Positions 61,687 to 64,000 of a DNA stretch of 64,000 bases are shown here, one piece after another. Below the pieces are notes generated by a model, which was given only the letters and a program-made list of their open reading frames with translations, made no database searches and had not been told where the DNA came from. A program made the position numbers and the translations under genes. Source of the DNA: the human T2T-CHM13v2.0 reference genome, Homo sapiens; assembly GCF_009914755.1 (NCBI RefSeq), contig NC_060928.1; one strand, 5' to 3'. Positions within the stretch are counted from its first letter, which is position 1. Each line of letters starts with the position of its first letter.

Positions 61687-62441
61687 TGTTACAGCCCAAT
61701 GGGTTCTTCTTGCCAGCTGCCCCCCAAAAGCCAATACACTGAGAACAGCAGGTATTGCAGCAGAGAAAGAGTTTAATAATCACAGGACAGATGTGGGAGG
61801 AGGACAGAAGATATTTTTCAAATTCACCTTCCTGAGAATTCAGAGGCAATAACTTTTAAGGATACTTTGTCAGGCAGGGGACTGGGGAACTGAAACAATT
61901 GATTGTTTGGGGATGGAATCACAGAGATATTGAAACTACAGCTGAGTCAGTTCCCAGCCAGGGGCTGCAGGACCAGTTGAGTCAGTTCCTTGGTATGGGT
62001 CACAGGTCTGTGTCTCTTAATATGCCAAAATGCTAAATCTGAGAAAGATCTCAAAGACCAGTCCTTTAGGTCTAACAATAGTGATGTTATTTATAGGAGC
62101 AGTTGGGGAAGTTAACAAATCTTGTGACTTCCGGTTACATGACTCTAGGGCAATAAGCAACTATAGAAAAGCAAGCTAAGCAAGCAATGAATAGTTATTG
62201 TTTAACCATGCATGTTCTTTAACAAAGTTCAGGCTTCTGCCATTATTCTAATCTTGTGGCTTTTTATTAGTTTTCACAAATACAGTTTCAATCTTTGAAA
62301 AACGAATGGATCAGTTCAAGGAAAGGGCTATTATGTTCTCTGCACAAGAGTGGGCAAAAGCAATTTTGCCTGGTAGAAGCAAAATGGAGTCAATTATGTT
62401 AAATTTCCCTTACTACTATAATTTTTCAAAAGGTGATTTCA
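61687..62441 (-). mobile_element. LTR8-family (ERV1) solo LTR
   Basis: Element strand starts 'tgaaatcaccttttgaaaaattat...gactccattttgcttct'; perfect 4-bp TSD AAGC at 61683-61686 and 62442-62445. Confidence 0.8.
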
Positions 62442-62549
62442 AAGCCTTTTAGCTTTTCACTTAATGTCCTGCTCACTGTTATTTCCTTAAGTTTTAAAAA
62501 CAATTTCTGTCCCAAATGCCACTTTGCTTCTGCTAAGGGGAAGAAATCT

Positions 62550-62800
62550 GTATGGCCTGAAAAACACAGAATTTAGAATCATAATATTAGTTCAAGGGGA
62601 ATTCTCACAGCTCTTTGACCTCTAGCAAGTCATCTAACAGAGCTGAACTTCAGTTTTCTTGTTTTTGGAATGGGGATAGTAATTTCCACCCTGCAGGTTT
62701 GTTGAGTGACTAAATTAAGCAGAAAAGGCAAAACTTCCAGCCAGGGCCTTGCTCCACTAAGGCACTCTGCTTGGGCTATGTACTTCAGCTATTATTATTC
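62550..62800 (+). mobile_element. MIR
   Basis: 'ctgaacttcagttttcttgtttttggaatggggatagtaat'. Confidence 0.7.
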
Positions 62801-64000
62801 TAATAATTTTAAAAAAGTATAATTTCATCTTTTTTTGGTTTGAAGTAGTAAACAATTTGTCATTTATAAAAATTTATTTGCTTTTGTATAGGTGAATTTG
62901 GTGGTTTTATTTTCTCTTAGGTTTTCAGATAATGATGGAAATGGAGGGGTGCAGTGAAATTTTCTGATGCAGGTACATGTTTTAGGGAGAATAACTTATC
63001 ATTATGAGTACCAATATAATAGATTAGATAGGATGGCAATGGAAAAAAATGACCCAAGTAGAATTCTAACATAATAAAAAGGAGAAAGGTAAGAACAACA
63101 ACAAAACAGATTTCAAAACCATTTTTAAACCATTTTATGAATAAAGAGAAGAAGCAAAATAATGAGAACTACCTTGACTTCTGTAAGCCAACACTTAAAA
63201 TTATAAAGCCAATTGAATGTTAGAAGTTGAGGGGCCCTGAAAAGTCAAAGAGAGTTCTTCAATGCCCAGCACAGTCATGCCATTACAGCATCTCTGCTGG
63301 GTGGCATTTAAACTTTCTTTCCAGAGAGAAGCAGCTTATCTCCTTGTAAAATATTATAAGGCAGTTCTGATTGCTATAAAGTGCTTGTTCATTTGATCGA
63401 GGTGCCAATTGGCACAATCTATCACTCTCAGAGAGATCATATAAATGATCTTATCTTTTAAAAGAAAGTCTTCCAAATAGTCAAAAGATGGTCCTTACTT
63501 TAAATTAAACATCCTCTTCTCTCTTAACTGCTCTCTATAAGCTGCTAATAATTGCCTCAGAATGGAGAACCTGGAACAGACATGATTAACAAGTATTTTC
63601 TCATGCAACTGTCAAGCCATGTATCTTGTCCCTTACTGTTATGTTTTTTTTTTTCACCTAAAAGCAGATCATTTTGTTAATACCCGCATAAGGATTTAAG
63701 ACTGTATGATTTCAAAGATATGCTTTTCCTAGCATCATATTATTCTAATCACAGTCTAGGCTTCTGTCTGTAATGTTTTCACTCATTTCTGTGCATTGCA
63801 AACTTTAACTCAATTATCCAAACTCAGGCCCCTAACTTTTGCTCCCCAGGCACCACCTTGCCCCTGGAAACAGACAGTTCTTTATGATCTCAGATAACAG
63901 CTCTTGTATACATTTATTGGGAAGAAAGTGGAGGAAAAAGGTCAGGTTGTTGTCATTTGTAAGTTTCCTTCATTTTATTTAGAATAGTTTAAGCTTAACA

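Noticed and set aside
62921-62972. 52-nt candidate exon with a good acceptor
   Set aside because: Stops in all three frames and a weak donor (CAG/gtacat).

Overview
AT-rich, repeat-dense primate nuclear DNA, almost certainly human: it carries an AluYa5 with all five diagnostic substitutions. I found no protein-coding exon, tRNA, rRNA, CpG island or prokaryotic system, so the window looks intergenic or deep intronic. The ORF track is explained by L1 ORF2 remnants, a MaLR internal ORF remnant, Alu/LTR read-through, microsatellite translation or short chance ORFs. Roughly half the window is transposon-derived: Alus, L1PA/L1M, L2, MIR, CR1, solo LTRs (MLT2, MLT1, LTR2/HERV-E, MER39, MER31, MST, THE1, LTR16, LTR8), a two-LTR MaLR element, and the DNA transposons Charlie1, MER44, MER5 and MADE1. 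Most notable: a perfect 63-bp-arm palindrome beside an alternating purine-pyrimidine microsatellite (4131-4450); a twin-primed inverted L1 whose target-site duplication was re-used by an AluYa5; candidate 3' transductions; a multi-layer nest inside Charlie1; and candidate enhancer motif clusters. Subfamily names come from recalled consensus sequences, and boundaries of old repeats are approximate. I cannot support a claim of a new biological system here.
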